Below are positions 1 through 9,636 of a DNA stretch of 64,000 nt, one piece after another (the first letter of the stretch is position 1; each line of letters starts with the position of its first letter). The translations under genes and the position numbers were made by a program. The stretch comes from Candidatus Latescibacterota bacterium (GTDB lineage: Bacteria > Latescibacterota > UBA2968 > UBA8231), in contig OZ242005.1 in the NCBI GenBank assembly GCA_965204725.1, positions 2,720,001-2,784,000 on the forward strand. The letters run 5' to 3'. A model generated the notes under the pieces. That model was given only the letters and a program-made list of their open reading frames with translations, ran no database searches and was not told the DNA's origin.

Positions 1-69
1 CAAGCCGTCACCGCGGCCGGCACCGGGTGTATGGCGGCGATTGAGGCCGAGCGATTTTTGGCCCATTAG
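1..69 (+). CDS. trxB: Thioredoxin reductase, 3' end (partial)
   Basis: Frame 1 reads QAVTAAGTGCMAAIEAERFLAH*, the conserved TrxB C-terminus. Confidence 0.9.
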   Translation, partial: QAVTAAGTGCMAAIEAERFLAH

Positions 70-71
70 AA

Positions 72-869
72 ATGCAGCCCCGCTCAACGGCCCATCCCAT
101 CCGCCCCAAGAAACAGCGCGGCCAAAACTTCCTCACCGACGCCGCACTCCTGCGCCGGCAAGTGGCTTGCGCCGACCTTGCGGCCGGGGATACGGTGCTG
201 GAGATCGGGGCCGGAATCGGCAACTTGACCCAGTTGCTGCTAGAGCGAGCCGGGCAGGTGGTGGCCGTGGAGCAAGACCGCCAGTTTGGTCCAAGTCTAA
301 GGGAATTGCAGCGGCGGCACGAGCATCTCAAGGTGGTGTGGGGCGATGCGTTGGTCGTGGATTTTCCGCGCTTCGACAAGGTAGTAGCCAACCTGCCGTA
401 TCAAGTGGCCCTGCCGATTGTATTCAAGCTGCTAAACCAGCGCTTCGAGCGGGCCGTGCTCATGCTGCCCAAGCGGCTAGCCCAGCGGCTGTGCGCGACC
501 GTCGGCCAAAAGGGCTATTGTCGGATTGGAGTCGCCGTTGGGCGGCTGGCCCAAGTAGAGTGGATCGAAGAGGTAGGCAAAGACGCCTTTTTCCCGCGCC
601 CGGAAGTCGAAAGTGCCCTCGTGGTCGTCAAGCGCACCAAGCCCAAGTTCGCCGTGCCATCCGAAGCCTTCTTTAGGGAAGTCTTGGAAAGCCTCTTTGC
701 CCGCCGCCAAGTGCGCGTTGGGCAGATCGTCCCCGCGGCCGCCAGCCTGAGCAAGAAGATCAAGAACAAACCCGTGTACACCGTCACGCCACGCGAGTTC
801 GGGGAAATCACCCGCGTCTTGTGGCCGCTCAGCCGGCCAACCCCGCGTACACCGCGCGCCCCCTCCTGA
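72..869 (+). CDS. rsmA: 16S rRNA adenine dimethyltransferase (RsmA/KsgA/Dim1 family)
   Basis: GQNFL, VLEIGAGIG SAM motif, VANLPY motif IV, FFPRPEVES. The 3' end overlaps the convergent gene. Confidence 0.9.
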   Translation: MQPRSTAHPIRPKKQRGQNFLTDAALLRRQVACADLAAGDTVLEIGAGIGNLTQLLLERAGQVVAVEQDRQFGPSLRELQRRHEHLKVVWGDALVVDFPRFDKVVANLPYQVALPIVFKLLNQRFERAVLMLPKRLAQRLCATVGQKGYCRIGVAVGRLAQVEWIEEVGKDAFFPRPEVESALVVVKRTKPKFAVPSEAFFREVLESLFARRQVRVGQIVPAAASLSKKIKNKPVYTVTPREFGEITRVLWPLSRPTPRTPRAPS

Positions 870-2274
870 ACAGTTCTCGCACCTCCTCGCGCTGCTGGTC
901 GTTGTTGTAGCGGCCATAAGAGCCGATCCACTTGAGCGATTCGTCAATCGAGCGGAGGAAGAAGTTGGCGTCGGCCGCGCACTCAGCCGGCCGTGCGCCG
1001 CAGCGGAAATAGCTCGGGCTCGAATGCGCGTAAATCGACTGGCCAAAGCTGTCGCGCGAGTCGCCCCACAGGCGGGCGGCCACCCAACCGTCGCGCTCGG
1101 CCCGGAAGCCGTGGCGCAACGCGCCCTCGCGCCGACCGGCCGGCCATTCCCAGCGCTGGACCACCGAGCCGTTGACCACCAACTCGGCGCGCTCAAGCGG
1201 ATAAAACGAGCTAAAGGTCACTTCGGCCTCTAATTCCGCGCCGCTCCCGCATTCTACGGTATCGCCCATGGGCCGCCCGTTGAGTGCGAGCTGAAGGGCC
1301 GGGCCGTTGGTTATGAAGGTCCGCCCCTGTTTCATGCCCTCAATCCAGCGCGAGTATGAAAATTCCCCATCCACTTGGACGTACACGCGATTGTTGGAGC
1401 ACACAAACCAATCCGTGCCGGTCGAGGCCGGCAGCCGTAGGCCGCAGTTGAGGAGCTTGTACCAGAGGTCGTATTCCGGGTCCATCCAAAAGGGGTCGAA
1501 CAGGTTGAAGGCGTCGAGCTTGCCGAGTGCCGCAGCCACCGGGGCCTCCATGCCGCGCCCGTTGTGGCACCAGATGACCAAGCCGCCCTGCTCGCGGGCG
1601 TCGTCGCAGCAAAAGCACAAGGGGGGGTAATCCGGGTCGAATTGCCCGGCGAGGGTGTGGCCGCGGCTGACGGGCTGCACGAGGTTGCGGATGTTGAGCA
1701 ACATCACGTGACCATAGCCAAAGCCCCACGGCGAGTTGTCGCCGTAGTGGCGGTTTTCCTCGCCGATGTCGAGGACGTGATGGGCGGTGGTAAACTCGTT
1801 CATCACGCCAATGGGATACTTGTTGGATGCGTAGGGCAACTGGCGGCGGTCGAGCACGCTGACGCAGGTGACACTATACCCCTCGACGCTGCAATCAATC
1901 CCGAGCCGCTCGTCGGGCTGGGTCTCCTTTTCGTCGTAGTGAATGTGCGTGTTGCCCGGATACCAAGCGTCCTCTTGGGGGCGATACCAGCGGCGCAGCG
2001 GAATCTCTAGCTCGACGCGGCCCTTGGCCGGCAGTTCAACGGTCGCGCGATAGGGTTCGTACTCGGTGCCGCGCTCAACGAGTACATCCGTGCGCCCCCG
2101 GCTGCTTTCGACGGCAAACGAGCCAGCGCAAAAGAAAAACAGCGTCCCCGGGCCGCGCTTGAGCATGGAGTTCGGTGGGCGAGCAAAGGTGCCCGAAGCC
2201 GTGAGGACGTGGACTTTGGCGTCGAGCGGTTCGCCCGAGACTTCGTCGATAATCGTGCCGTGCAGCGTGCCCAT
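829..2274 (-). CDS. CehA/McbA-family PHP-like metallohydrolase
   Basis: GNTHIH, GEE..H...GH, WCH and GTD metal motifs; ERGTEY N-domain; AHSSP C-terminus. Confidence 0.8.
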   Translation of the reverse strand: MGTLHGTIIDEVSGEPLDAKVHVLTASGTFARPPNSMLKRGPGTLFFFCAGSFAVESSRGRTDVLVERGTEYEPYRATVELPAKGRVELEIPLRRWYRPQEDAWYPGNTHIHYDEKETQPDERLGIDCSVEGYSVTCVSVLDRRQLPYASNKYPIGVMNEFTTAHHVLDIGEENRHYGDNSPWGFGYGHVMLLNIRNLVQPVSRGHTLAGQFDPDYPPLCFCCDDAREQGGLVIWCHNGRGMEAPVAAALGKLDAFNLFDPFWMDPEYDLWYKLLNCGLRLPASTGTDWFVCSNNRVYVQVDGEFSYSRWIEGMKQGRTFITNGPALQLALNGRPMGDTVECGSGAELEAEVTFSSFYPLERAELVVNGSVVQRWEWPAGRREGALRHGFRAERDGWVAARLWGDSRDSFGQSIYAHSSPSYFRCGARPAECAADANFFLRSIDESLKWIGSYGRYNNDQQREEVRELFRRGRAVYAGLAG

Positions 2275-2285
2275 GGTGCCTCCTG

Positions 2286-3335
2286 TCAGTTGAGCGAATA
2301 CGTTTCGTACGGAGCCGCGCAGGGGTTGCCGCGGCTGATGTGCATGCGGCCTCGATCAGGCTCGATTACCACCGAAAATACGCTCGTCCAAAAGCCGGTC
2401 TGCGGATGGTCGTTGGCGTGGCGGCAGATGGAGTATGGGTGCCGGTCGTGGTCGCGCAGGGCCTCTTGGACATGCGCCATGCTCACGCGCCGCTCCGAAC
2501 CAAGCAACTGTTCGACGCGGCAGTAGCGCGGGCCGGACTCGATCAGCTCGGGAAATTCGCGGTTGATCGGCGCGAGCTCCGGGTGTAGGCAGTGGTTGGT
2601 GTGGACGACGAGCTCGTCGTCGCGCAAGACGTGGACATGGCCCAAGGTGAGTTCGAGATCGGCCGGCCCCTGCGGGGTGGCGAGGAGGATGTTGCCGGGA
2701 ATGGCGCGGTCGGCCCGGCGCACCGCTGCAACCGCGCCGCTGAGCGAGGTCTGTTCGTAGATGGCGCGCACGGCAAAGTAGTGCGGGACGCCGACCGGGC
2801 GGCTGGGGGCCGGCAGCGTGTTCATGCAGACGCCCAAGCCGGCGTCGTTGCAGCCGATGTACGCGATGAGGCCCGCTTGGGTAATGTTCATCAGCGCCGG
2901 CTTGCCAGCCGGGCGGCGCGTCAGCACGATCGTAAAGGGGTCGAGCGCGGGGTCGTTGTCCCAGTTCTGCGCGACCATCGCCCGGCCCTCAACGCTGCGC
3001 TTGGGGGCGACGGCAAAGGCCGTGCAGGCCGCGTCTTCCTCCGGGCAAAGCTGGTTGCGCACCTGTAGGAGCATCAGCTCGTCGAGCGCGACGCCCGCCC
3101 CCTCGCTCATGCCGCGCAACTCGTCGAGCATGTCGGGCGCGTACGCAGCCGCGCAATCCATGCTCCGGCGGCTTATGTCCAAGGCGCGGGCGCGCGAGAC
3201 GCACACGGTCTTGTTGACGCGCTCTAGGGCGATGGCGGCAAAGCCGCGGATTTCGTCGCGGACAGCCTCTCCGATTTGGCGGCCCAACGTGCGCGGCGGC
3301 CCGCTGACTTCGATGTGGCGATACCGGGTGCTCAT
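2286..3335 (-). CDS. C45-family Ntn-hydrolase (acyl-CoA:6-APA acyltransferase-like)
   Basis: Autoproteolytic ACT site, AQNWD, HTNH, C-terminal GNPC. Confidence 0.85.
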   Translation of the reverse strand: MSTRYRHIEVSGPPRTLGRQIGEAVRDEIRGFAAIALERVNKTVCVSRARALDISRRSMDCAAAYAPDMLDELRGMSEGAGVALDELMLLQVRNQLCPEEDAACTAFAVAPKRSVEGRAMVAQNWDNDPALDPFTIVLTRRPAGKPALMNITQAGLIAYIGCNDAGLGVCMNTLPAPSRPVGVPHYFAVRAIYEQTSLSGAVAAVRRADRAIPGNILLATPQGPADLELTLGHVHVLRDDELVVHTNHCLHPELAPINREFPELIESGPRYCRVEQLLGSERRVSMAHVQEALRDHDRHPYSICRHANDHPQTGFWTSVFSVVIEPDRGRMHISRGNPCAAPYETYSLN

Positions 3336-3350
3336 ATTCGCTCCTTTGGC

Positions 3351-4325
3351 TCAGGGCCGCACTTGCAGCACGACCTTGCCGATGTTGCGGTTTTGCCGGA
3401 GGATGTCCTGGGCTTCGGCCGCGCGCTCAATGGGCAGCACATCCTCGATCACAGGTCGCACGCGCCCGTCGATTAGCAGCGGCCAGAAGCGCTCTTTGAA
3501 GGCCGCGACGATCGCGGTTTTCTCTTCGTCCGAGCGGCTGCGCAACACCGAGCCGATCAGGCGCAGGCGCTTTCTCTGGAGTTCCAAGAGGTCTATCTGG
3601 GCCTCGGCGCCGGTCAGGACGGCGATTACCACGAGGCGGCCCCTCGGCTTGAGCAGCCGCACATTGTGCGCCAAGTAGGAAGCCCCGGCGATGTCGAGGA
3701 TCACATCGACCCCGTCGGTGTGGGCGAGAATGGCCTCGGCAAAGTCCCGCTCCTTGTAGTTGACCCCGAACTCCGCGCCCAGCGCTAGGCAGCACGCCAC
3801 CTTGGCGTCCGTGCCGGCCGTGACAATCGCCTTGGCCCCGGCTTGGCGGCACAACTGCACAGCGGCCGTACCGACGCCGCTGCCCCCGCCGTGGATGAGG
3901 GCGGTCTCGCCGGCGCGCAAGCCGGCCTCGCGGAACAAGTTGACAAAAGCGGTGAGAAAAACCTCGCAGATGGCCGCGCCCCAAGTGAAGTCGCGGTCGC
4001 TGGGCAGGGGCAGCAAATGGGGGGCGGGAACGGCCACGCGCTCGGCGTACCCGCCGCCGGAGAGCAGGCCGAGGACGCGGTCGCCGGGCCGCCACTCGGT
4101 TACCGACTCACCGGTAGCCGCGACCACACCCGCCATTTCCAAGCCCATGTAGGGGGATGCGCCCGGGGGCGGCGGGTAGTTGCCAGTGCGTTGGAGGAGG
4201 TCGGCTCGATTGACGGCCGTGGCATGAATATCGACGAGGACCTCGCCCGGGCCGCAGGTGGGGTCTGGGACCTCTTGCCAGCCGAGCGCGTGGTCTGCGT
4301 CGTTGGTTATGGTTATCGCTTTCAT
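3351..4325 (-). CDS. NAD(P)H-quinone oxidoreductase, PIG3 family
   Basis: VNRADLLQR.G.YPPPPGAS, LIHGGGSGVG, NIGKVVL. Confidence 0.9.
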   Translation of the reverse strand: MKAITITNDADHALGWQEVPDPTCGPGEVLVDIHATAVNRADLLQRTGNYPPPPGASPYMGLEMAGVVAATGESVTEWRPGDRVLGLLSGGGYAERVAVPAPHLLPLPSDRDFTWGAAICEVFLTAFVNLFREAGLRAGETALIHGGGSGVGTAAVQLCRQAGAKAIVTAGTDAKVACCLALGAEFGVNYKERDFAEAILAHTDGVDVILDIAGASYLAHNVRLLKPRGRLVVIAVLTGAEAQIDLLELQRKRLRLIGSVLRSRSDEEKTAIVAAFKERFWPLLIDGRVRPVIEDVLPIERAAEAQDILRQNRNIGKVVLQVRP

Positions 4326-4363
4326 GGTCTATACTTTGACGCATTGGGAAGTGGAGCGCAAGG

Positions 4364-4392
4364 TTGCACCGGGCGAGGGACGGGCGTACATT
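4364..4392 (+). promoter_or_regulatory. Putative sigma70 promoter for the CYTH gene
   Basis: TTGCAC-17 nt-TACATT about 30 nt upstream of ATG 4424. Confidence 0.45.
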
Positions 4393-4423
4393 TCAAGCCG
4401 CTTTTAACGAAACCAATAACGAC

Positions 4424-4930
4424 ATGACCAATATCGAAATCAAAGCGCACTATCCAGACGTCGAGCGCGCCGAAGAAAACCTCAACGCCCTCGGCGCGGG
4501 GCTAGCCGGGACCTTCCACCAGAAGGACACCTATTTCAACCTAGACCAAGGGCGGCTCAAACTGCGCGAGCTTGGCGTTGACGAAGGCCATCTGATTTTC
4601 TACCAGCGCGAGGACCTAGCCGGCCCCAAGCGTAGCGACTACGAGATTGCCAAGACCGAAGACCCGGAGGGCCTGCGCAACATTCTCAGCGGCATCCACG
4701 GCGTCTGGGTTGAGGTGGAAAAGACGCGCCAAGTCTGGCTGTGGGAAAACGTGCGCATCCACCTCGACGACGTAAAGGACATCGGCCAATTCGTCGAACT
4801 AGAGGCCGTAACCGAAGAAAAGGGCATTGAGGAGTCGCACCAGCGCGTCGAGGCCCTGATGCGGGCATTGGAAATCACCAGCGACCAGCTAGTCAAAGGC
4901 TCCTACGGAGATCTTGTCGCCGCTGGTTGA
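4424..4930 (+). CDS. cyaB: Class IV adenylate cyclase / CYTH-domain protein
   Basis: NIEIKA, QKDTYF, LKLRE, VEKTR, HLDDV, FVELE, SY motifs. Start set at ATG 4424. Confidence 0.85.
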   Translation: MTNIEIKAHYPDVERAEENLNALGAGLAGTFHQKDTYFNLDQGRLKLRELGVDEGHLIFYQREDLAGPKRSDYEIAKTEDPEGLRNILSGIHGVWVEVEKTRQVWLWENVRIHLDDVKDIGQFVELEAVTEEKGIEESHQRVEALMRALEITSDQLVKGSYGDLVAAG

Positions 4931-4940
4931 GCCTCGCCCC

Positions 4941-5312
4941 ATGTCGCGACCGACCAAGCTCGACCCCTGCTACGTGAATCGTCGCGTCGTCCTTCCCTAT
5001 GGACTCAAAGTAAAAGAAATCGAACAGGCAGTAGCGGAGACGTACCGACTTTTTCACGGGTTGAACGACTATCTCAAAAGCAGCGGCTTCCGTCCATTGG
5101 AGGAATTACTGCTGGGCAACTCGCTGTCCGGCATAATTTCCGAAAAACTTGACCAAGCAGATTGGTCATTCTCAGGCCGCTCCGGCACTTCGCGCCGGAC
5201 GCCCACAGCGTCCATAACGGCGGCTGGTGTCGAGAAGTTGCGGAACAATTTTCTTTACCGGCTGCCCGACGTCGGCATTGGTCGCCATCGCACCATCCTA
5301 GCTCAGCCGTAA
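4941..5312 (+). pseudogene. Probable type II restriction endonuclease with internal in-frame deletion
   Basis: Convergent with a DNA MTase. N-terminal LEELL..NSLSGIISE joins directly to DWSFSGRS.TSRRT.TASI with no PD-(D/E)xK core (family recalled from memory). Confidence 0.5.
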
Positions 5313-5318
5313 GTGCCT

Positions 5319-6239
5319 TCAGCCGAACAAGCTTGGCTGTCCCCCTGCTCCCGGTGCCGGCTTGCTCTCGCAGTTGACTTCCAGCGCGGCTAATCGCGGA
5401 ATCGCGGCCTTTGCGATCTCGAAAAACGCGGGATCGCTCTCAATGCCAATACTCTCATAACCCACGGCACACGCGGCGGCAATAGTCGAACCCCCGCCCA
5501 TAAACGGGTCGAGTACAATGCCCTCGCCCAGCGGCAGGGCCGCCCGCACGATCTGACGCATAAAGCTCTGCGGCTTGAGCGAGGGATGCGGCGCGATGTC
5601 GCGTTCCGCCGACCGGGTGGGCGCACTGCGGATGACGTCGCCGAAAGGGCGCTCGGCACTAATCCGCCTCAGGCCGCCCGTCTTCCACCCGCGCAGATTG
5701 TCCTGGACGCGCCCCTCGCACGGCTTGCGAAACAAGCCCCAAGGCTCCCAGCCAGAGCGGGGCATAACCGTGACGTCCGCAAACTCGTCGTGGGCGTTCT
5801 TGGGGCGGTCGCCGCCCCGCAGCGTCTGCACTAGGCGGATGATCTCGCCGCGCTTCTCAAAGCCGCTTTCGACGAGAGCCGCATAGACCAAGTGCGACAG
5901 CAGGGGGTTGGCGGCAATGAAAACGTGCCCTCCCGGCACGAGCACTCTCAAGGCCCGTTCGCCCCATTGCCCAAAGAACGCGGCAAGTCGCTTCTTATCG
6001 CCGTTGCTGAGGACGGTGAACCGCGGCAGGGGCTGGCGGACGCAACCGTCCAAAGCGGGCGGGACACGCCAGACGCCACCCCGTCCGCGCCGAAGTTTGT
6101 CCTTTTCTTGAGTGGTGTACTCTTTCAGGCCGTAAGGCGGGTCGGTGACGATGGCGTGGACGCTGTGGGCGGGGCAATGCTCCATCCACGCGAAGCAATC
6201 CTCTTGGACGAGCTGATATGAGGCTTCGCTAGGGCGCAT
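5319..6239 (-). CDS. DNA N4/N6-methyltransferase, beta class
   Basis: Motif IV DPPY near the N-terminus, HPSLKP, then motif I LDPFMGGGST. Confidence 0.9.
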   Translation of the reverse strand: MRPSEASYQLVQEDCFAWMEHCPAHSVHAIVTDPPYGLKEYTTQEKDKLRRGRGGVWRVPPALDGCVRQPLPRFTVLSNGDKKRLAAFFGQWGERALRVLVPGGHVFIAANPLLSHLVYAALVESGFEKRGEIIRLVQTLRGGDRPKNAHDEFADVTVMPRSGWEPWGLFRKPCEGRVQDNLRGWKTGGLRRISAERPFGDVIRSAPTRSAERDIAPHPSLKPQSFMRQIVRAALPLGEGIVLDPFMGGGSTIAAACAVGYESIGIESDPAFFEIAKAAIPRLAALEVNCESKPAPGAGGQPSLFG

Positions 6240-6251
6240 ATCGCTCCTCCC

Positions 6252-7610
6252 CTACGCAAACAATCCTTCCACCTCGTCGCAGAGCAAGGCGGCTTCCTCG
6301 GCGCTCGCGCTCTCGGCGATGACGCGGACAATGGGTTCGGTGTTGGAGGCGCGGAGGTGGACCCAAGGGCATTCGAGCCGCCCGCTCAGGTAGAGCTTGG
6401 AACCATCGCGCACCGGGTGGATATACGCTTGGGGGTAACGTGCGCGCAGCGCGGTAAGGGCCGCGGCGAGTTGCTCTGGGGTACAAGTGATTTTGCGCTT
6501 GTCAATGGCGTAGCGGGGCAAGGCGGCAATCCGTTCCTCAAGGGATTGGCCCGTGCGCGCCATGGCCTCCAGCACGAGGGCCAAGCCAACAGCCGCGTCG
6601 CGGCTGGGTCCGACTTGGGTTACAATGACGCCGCCGTTGCCCTCGCCGCCGATGACCGCTCGCTCGGCCATCATCTTCTCCACCACGTTCACCTCGCCGA
6701 CCGCCGTGAGAAAGACCGGGCAGTTGTGAGCCGCGGCTGCGTCTGTAACGGCCTGCGAGGTGGAAAGGGTGGTGACGACCGGGCCGGGCCGCCGCACGGC
6801 CGCCGCTTGCACCGCCAGCGCGAGCGTGTAGTCCTCGCCTACGGGCGCACCGCTCGAATCGACCAACGCGACCCGGTCGGCGTCTGGGTCTATGGCAAAG
6901 CCGATGGCGCAGCCGTTGGCGCGCACGGCCCGACCGAGCTGGACGAGGTTGGCGGGCACCGGCTCCGGGTCGTGGGCAAAATCGCCATCGGGCCGAGCGT
7001 TGATCAGGACCGCTTCGACGCCCAAGGCGTCTAGCAGGCTCGGGGCCAACAACGCGCCCGTGCCATTGCAGGGATCGACGGCCACCTTGAACCCAGCCCG
7101 GCGAATGGCATCGGCATCGACATAGTCCACAATCCGCTCGACGTGACGCGCCACCACGGCGTTTGCATCGTGCGCTTCAAACGCGCCAGACGCAGCGCAG
7201 CGAAACTGGCCCGTGCGAAAGAGGTCCTCGACGCGCGCCCCCTCTGCTGCATTGAGAAACACGCCGTCAGCCCGCACTAGCTTGAGGCCGTTCCAAGGGG
7301 CCGGGTTGTGGCTGGCGGTGATGATGATCGCGCCTTGGGCCGCGAGCGCAGCGACCATCAGCTTCGCTGCGGGCGTGGAGCACGCGCCCACATCGACGAC
7401 GCGACAGCCGGTTTGACGCAGCGCAGCGGCCGCTGCTTGGGCAAAAGCCGCTCCAGACGGGCGCGTGTCCCGAGCGAGAACGACGGTGGCCCCCGGCGTC
7501 AAGGTGGTGCCAAAGGCTGCGGCAAAGCGAGCGACGACCTCGTCGGTGAGCGACTGGCCGACGAGGCCGCGAATCCCAGAAATGCTGACGATGAGCGGAG
7601 CATTCGACAT
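6252..7610 (-). CDS. glmM: Phosphoglucosamine mutase / phosphohexomutase
   Basis: ITASHNP phosphoserine loop, DPDADR metal loop, GGEGNGG, RASNTEP. GlmM versus PMM not certain. Confidence 0.75.
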   Translation of the reverse strand: MSNAPLIVSISGIRGLVGQSLTDEVVARFAAAFGTTLTPGATVVLARDTRPSGAAFAQAAAAALRQTGCRVVDVGACSTPAAKLMVAALAAQGAIIITASHNPAPWNGLKLVRADGVFLNAAEGARVEDLFRTGQFRCAASGAFEAHDANAVVARHVERIVDYVDADAIRRAGFKVAVDPCNGTGALLAPSLLDALGVEAVLINARPDGDFAHDPEPVPANLVQLGRAVRANGCAIGFAIDPDADRVALVDSSGAPVGEDYTLALAVQAAAVRRPGPVVTTLSTSQAVTDAAAAHNCPVFLTAVGEVNVVEKMMAERAVIGGEGNGGVIVTQVGPSRDAAVGLALVLEAMARTGQSLEERIAALPRYAIDKRKITCTPEQLAAALTALRARYPQAYIHPVRDGSKLYLSGRLECPWVHLRASNTEPIVRVIAESASAEEAALLCDEVEGLFA

Positions 7611-7622
7611 GACTTTTCCTTC

Positions 7623-8417
7623 TCAGAGCTTTTCGACGACGAGGGGGGCGCGGCGTTGCACACCCAGTTGGCGAGCGGCATGGTCGCAGTTGACCGCCAC
7701 CTCCAACAGACCGGCACTGCCGATCAAGGCGAGGGGCGCGCCCGGTTCGACATCCTCGTAGGTGCGGCAAAGCGCGGTGAGTACGTGGGTGCCGAGGCGG
7801 ATGCACAGCCCCGACCCCCACGGCGCAATGTCGGCGGCCGCAATGTTGCTCACCAAGTTGCCGAAGCCGTCGATGTGGACGATGTGGCCGTCGATGCGGT
7901 TGGCCGATTTGCAAGGTGCGGCTTCGGCTAAGCGCACCGGGTCGGCAAGCGGCGGGCCGACCGCGGCGAGATCCAAGCCGCGGCAGAGGTGGGCGGCCAG
8001 CGGAGCGAAGAGATCGCGGCCGTGGAAGGTGTTGCTCGGGTTGGGTAGGCCGAGGTCGGGCCGGGCGATCTGGCGTACCTGGCAGTCGGCGCGGTCGAGG
8101 ACGAAGCTGAAGAGACCGTTGTCCGGCCCCACCCACAAGTGGCCGTTGCTCTGGACGACGAGGGAACGGCGACGGGTCCCTACGCCCGGGTCAACGACCG
8201 CCAGATGGACGGTGCCGGGTGGGAATTCGCGTGCGGCGTGGCGCAAAACAAAGGCCGCGGCGAGCACATCTTGGGGCGGAATCTGGTGCGAAATGTCCAC
8301 GAGCTGGGCCTCCGGTGCGATGCGCAGAATGACCCCCTTCATCGCGCCGACATAATAGGAGCCACCGCCAAAATCCGTCGTCAACGTGACGATGGGGCAT
8401 GGTAGAAAACCGGGCAT
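7623..8417 (-). CDS. SAM hydroxide adenosyltransferase (DUF62 family)
   Basis: LTTDFG, VVDPGVGT.RR, GPDNG, TFHGRD, IDGFGNL. Confidence 0.9.
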   Translation of the reverse strand: MPGFLPCPIVTLTTDFGGGSYYVGAMKGVILRIAPEAQLVDISHQIPPQDVLAAAFVLRHAAREFPPGTVHLAVVDPGVGTRRRSLVVQSNGHLWVGPDNGLFSFVLDRADCQVRQIARPDLGLPNPSNTFHGRDLFAPLAAHLCRGLDLAAVGPPLADPVRLAEAAPCKSANRIDGHIVHIDGFGNLVSNIAAADIAPWGSGLCIRLGTHVLTALCRTYEDVEPGAPLALIGSAGLLEVAVNCDHAARQLGVQRRAPLVVEKL

Positions 8418-8568
8418 AATTGCGTCCTGTCAATGCGCCCCGACGCCCCTGCTCTGAGGCGTGGGCTATGGGCGCACCACCTATAGAAATTAGACATAGG
8501 TCAAAATTGGCCTTAGATTGCTCCCGCGCAATCCCACCCCTGTCCTTTGGAGCGAAAGGAAGATCGCC

Positions 8569-9579
8569 ATGGCCGTCAAAAGCCACATTGAAATAACGCC
8601 CGGCCTCAAGGTCGCGGCCCAGATGTCCCCAGAGCCGAGCGACGAGGAAATGGCCTTTGTGCGACAAATGGGCGTAGAGTACGCCGTGACTTGGATCGAT
8701 TCGGCCAAGGCCAGCCCCGAGTACTATCGCAGCCGCCGGGAGCATTTTGCCCGGGGCGGCATCCAGCTCTACGGCCTCGGCAATAGCAGCGTCCACAACG
8801 TGGATGCGATTACCCTCAACCTGCCCAACCGCGACGAGAAAGTCGCCGAGTACAAGGCGCACCTTCGCAACTTGGGCCAAGCCGACATTCCCTATACGAC
8901 TTATGCCCACATGGCCAACAGCGTGTGGAGCACGCCGCCGGAGCAGACCCGGGGCGGCTCTAGGGCGCGGGCCTTTGACCTAGCGCGGCTCGCCGAGGCT
9001 TCCGGCGGTGGTTTTACCGGCGAGGGGCTGACGCACGGCCGCTTCTACACCGAGGAAGAGCTGTGGGACAACTTCGCCTCCTTTGCCGCGGAAATCACCC
9101 CCGTCGCCGAGGAAGCCGGCGTCCGCATCGGCATTCACCCGGACGACCCGCCCGGGGTGCCGCTGGGTGGCGTGCCGCGGCCCATTTTTAGCAGCTTTGA
9201 CGGGTACAAACGCGCCCTCGAAATCGCCGACAGCCCCAACGTGGGGATGTGCTTGTGCATCGGCTGCTGGCTCGAAGGGGGCGAGGCTATGGGCCGCGAC
9301 GTGGTCGAGGCGATCCACTACTTCGGCGGGCAGGGCAAAATTTTCAAGGTCCACTACCGCAACGTAGATAAGCCGCTGCCGCACTTTGTCGAGACCTTTG
9401 TCGATGACGGGTACTTCGACATGTATCAGGCCATGCGGGCACTGGCCGAAGTCGGGTACGACGGCACCTTAATTCCAGACCACATTCCGCAGATGGGCGA
9501 CGACGGGCGGCTGGGCACGGCCTATACATTGGCTTACATGCGCGCCCTGCAAAAAAGGGCCGAAGAAGAAGTCAATTAG
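8569..9579 (+). CDS. uxuA: Mannonate dehydratase family protein
   Basis: HPDDPP, GMCLCIGCWLE, VHYRNV, FVETFVDDG, PDHIP. RBS AAAGGA before ATG 8569. Confidence 0.8.
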   Translation: MAVKSHIEITPGLKVAAQMSPEPSDEEMAFVRQMGVEYAVTWIDSAKASPEYYRSRREHFARGGIQLYGLGNSSVHNVDAITLNLPNRDEKVAEYKAHLRNLGQADIPYTTYAHMANSVWSTPPEQTRGGSRARAFDLARLAEASGGGFTGEGLTHGRFYTEEELWDNFASFAAEITPVAEEAGVRIGIHPDDPPGVPLGGVPRPIFSSFDGYKRALEIADSPNVGMCLCIGCWLEGGEAMGRDVVEAIHYFGGQGKIFKVHYRNVDKPLPHFVETFVDDGYFDMYQAMRALAEVGYDGTLIPDHIPQMGDDGRLGTAYTLAYMRALQKRAEEEVN

Positions 9580-9636
9580 TTAGTTCGGACAGGTCCCGGT
9601 GCTTAAAACAAAAGACTGAAAATCGCTAAAGTCGCC

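Noticed and set aside
2286-3335. Beta-lactam biosynthesis (IAT-like)
   Set aside because: C45 hydrolases are widespread, and no ACV synthetase or IPNS is present.
5319-6239. This MTase as the cause of CCWGG loss
   Set aside because: It is an amino-MTase (DPPY), not a C5 enzyme, and its target cannot be read from sequence.
7623-8417. Possible fluorinase or chlorinase
   Set aside because: Has TFHGRD and the Asp-Arg-His triad of DUF62 SAM hydrolases; halogenases have Tyr in place of that His.
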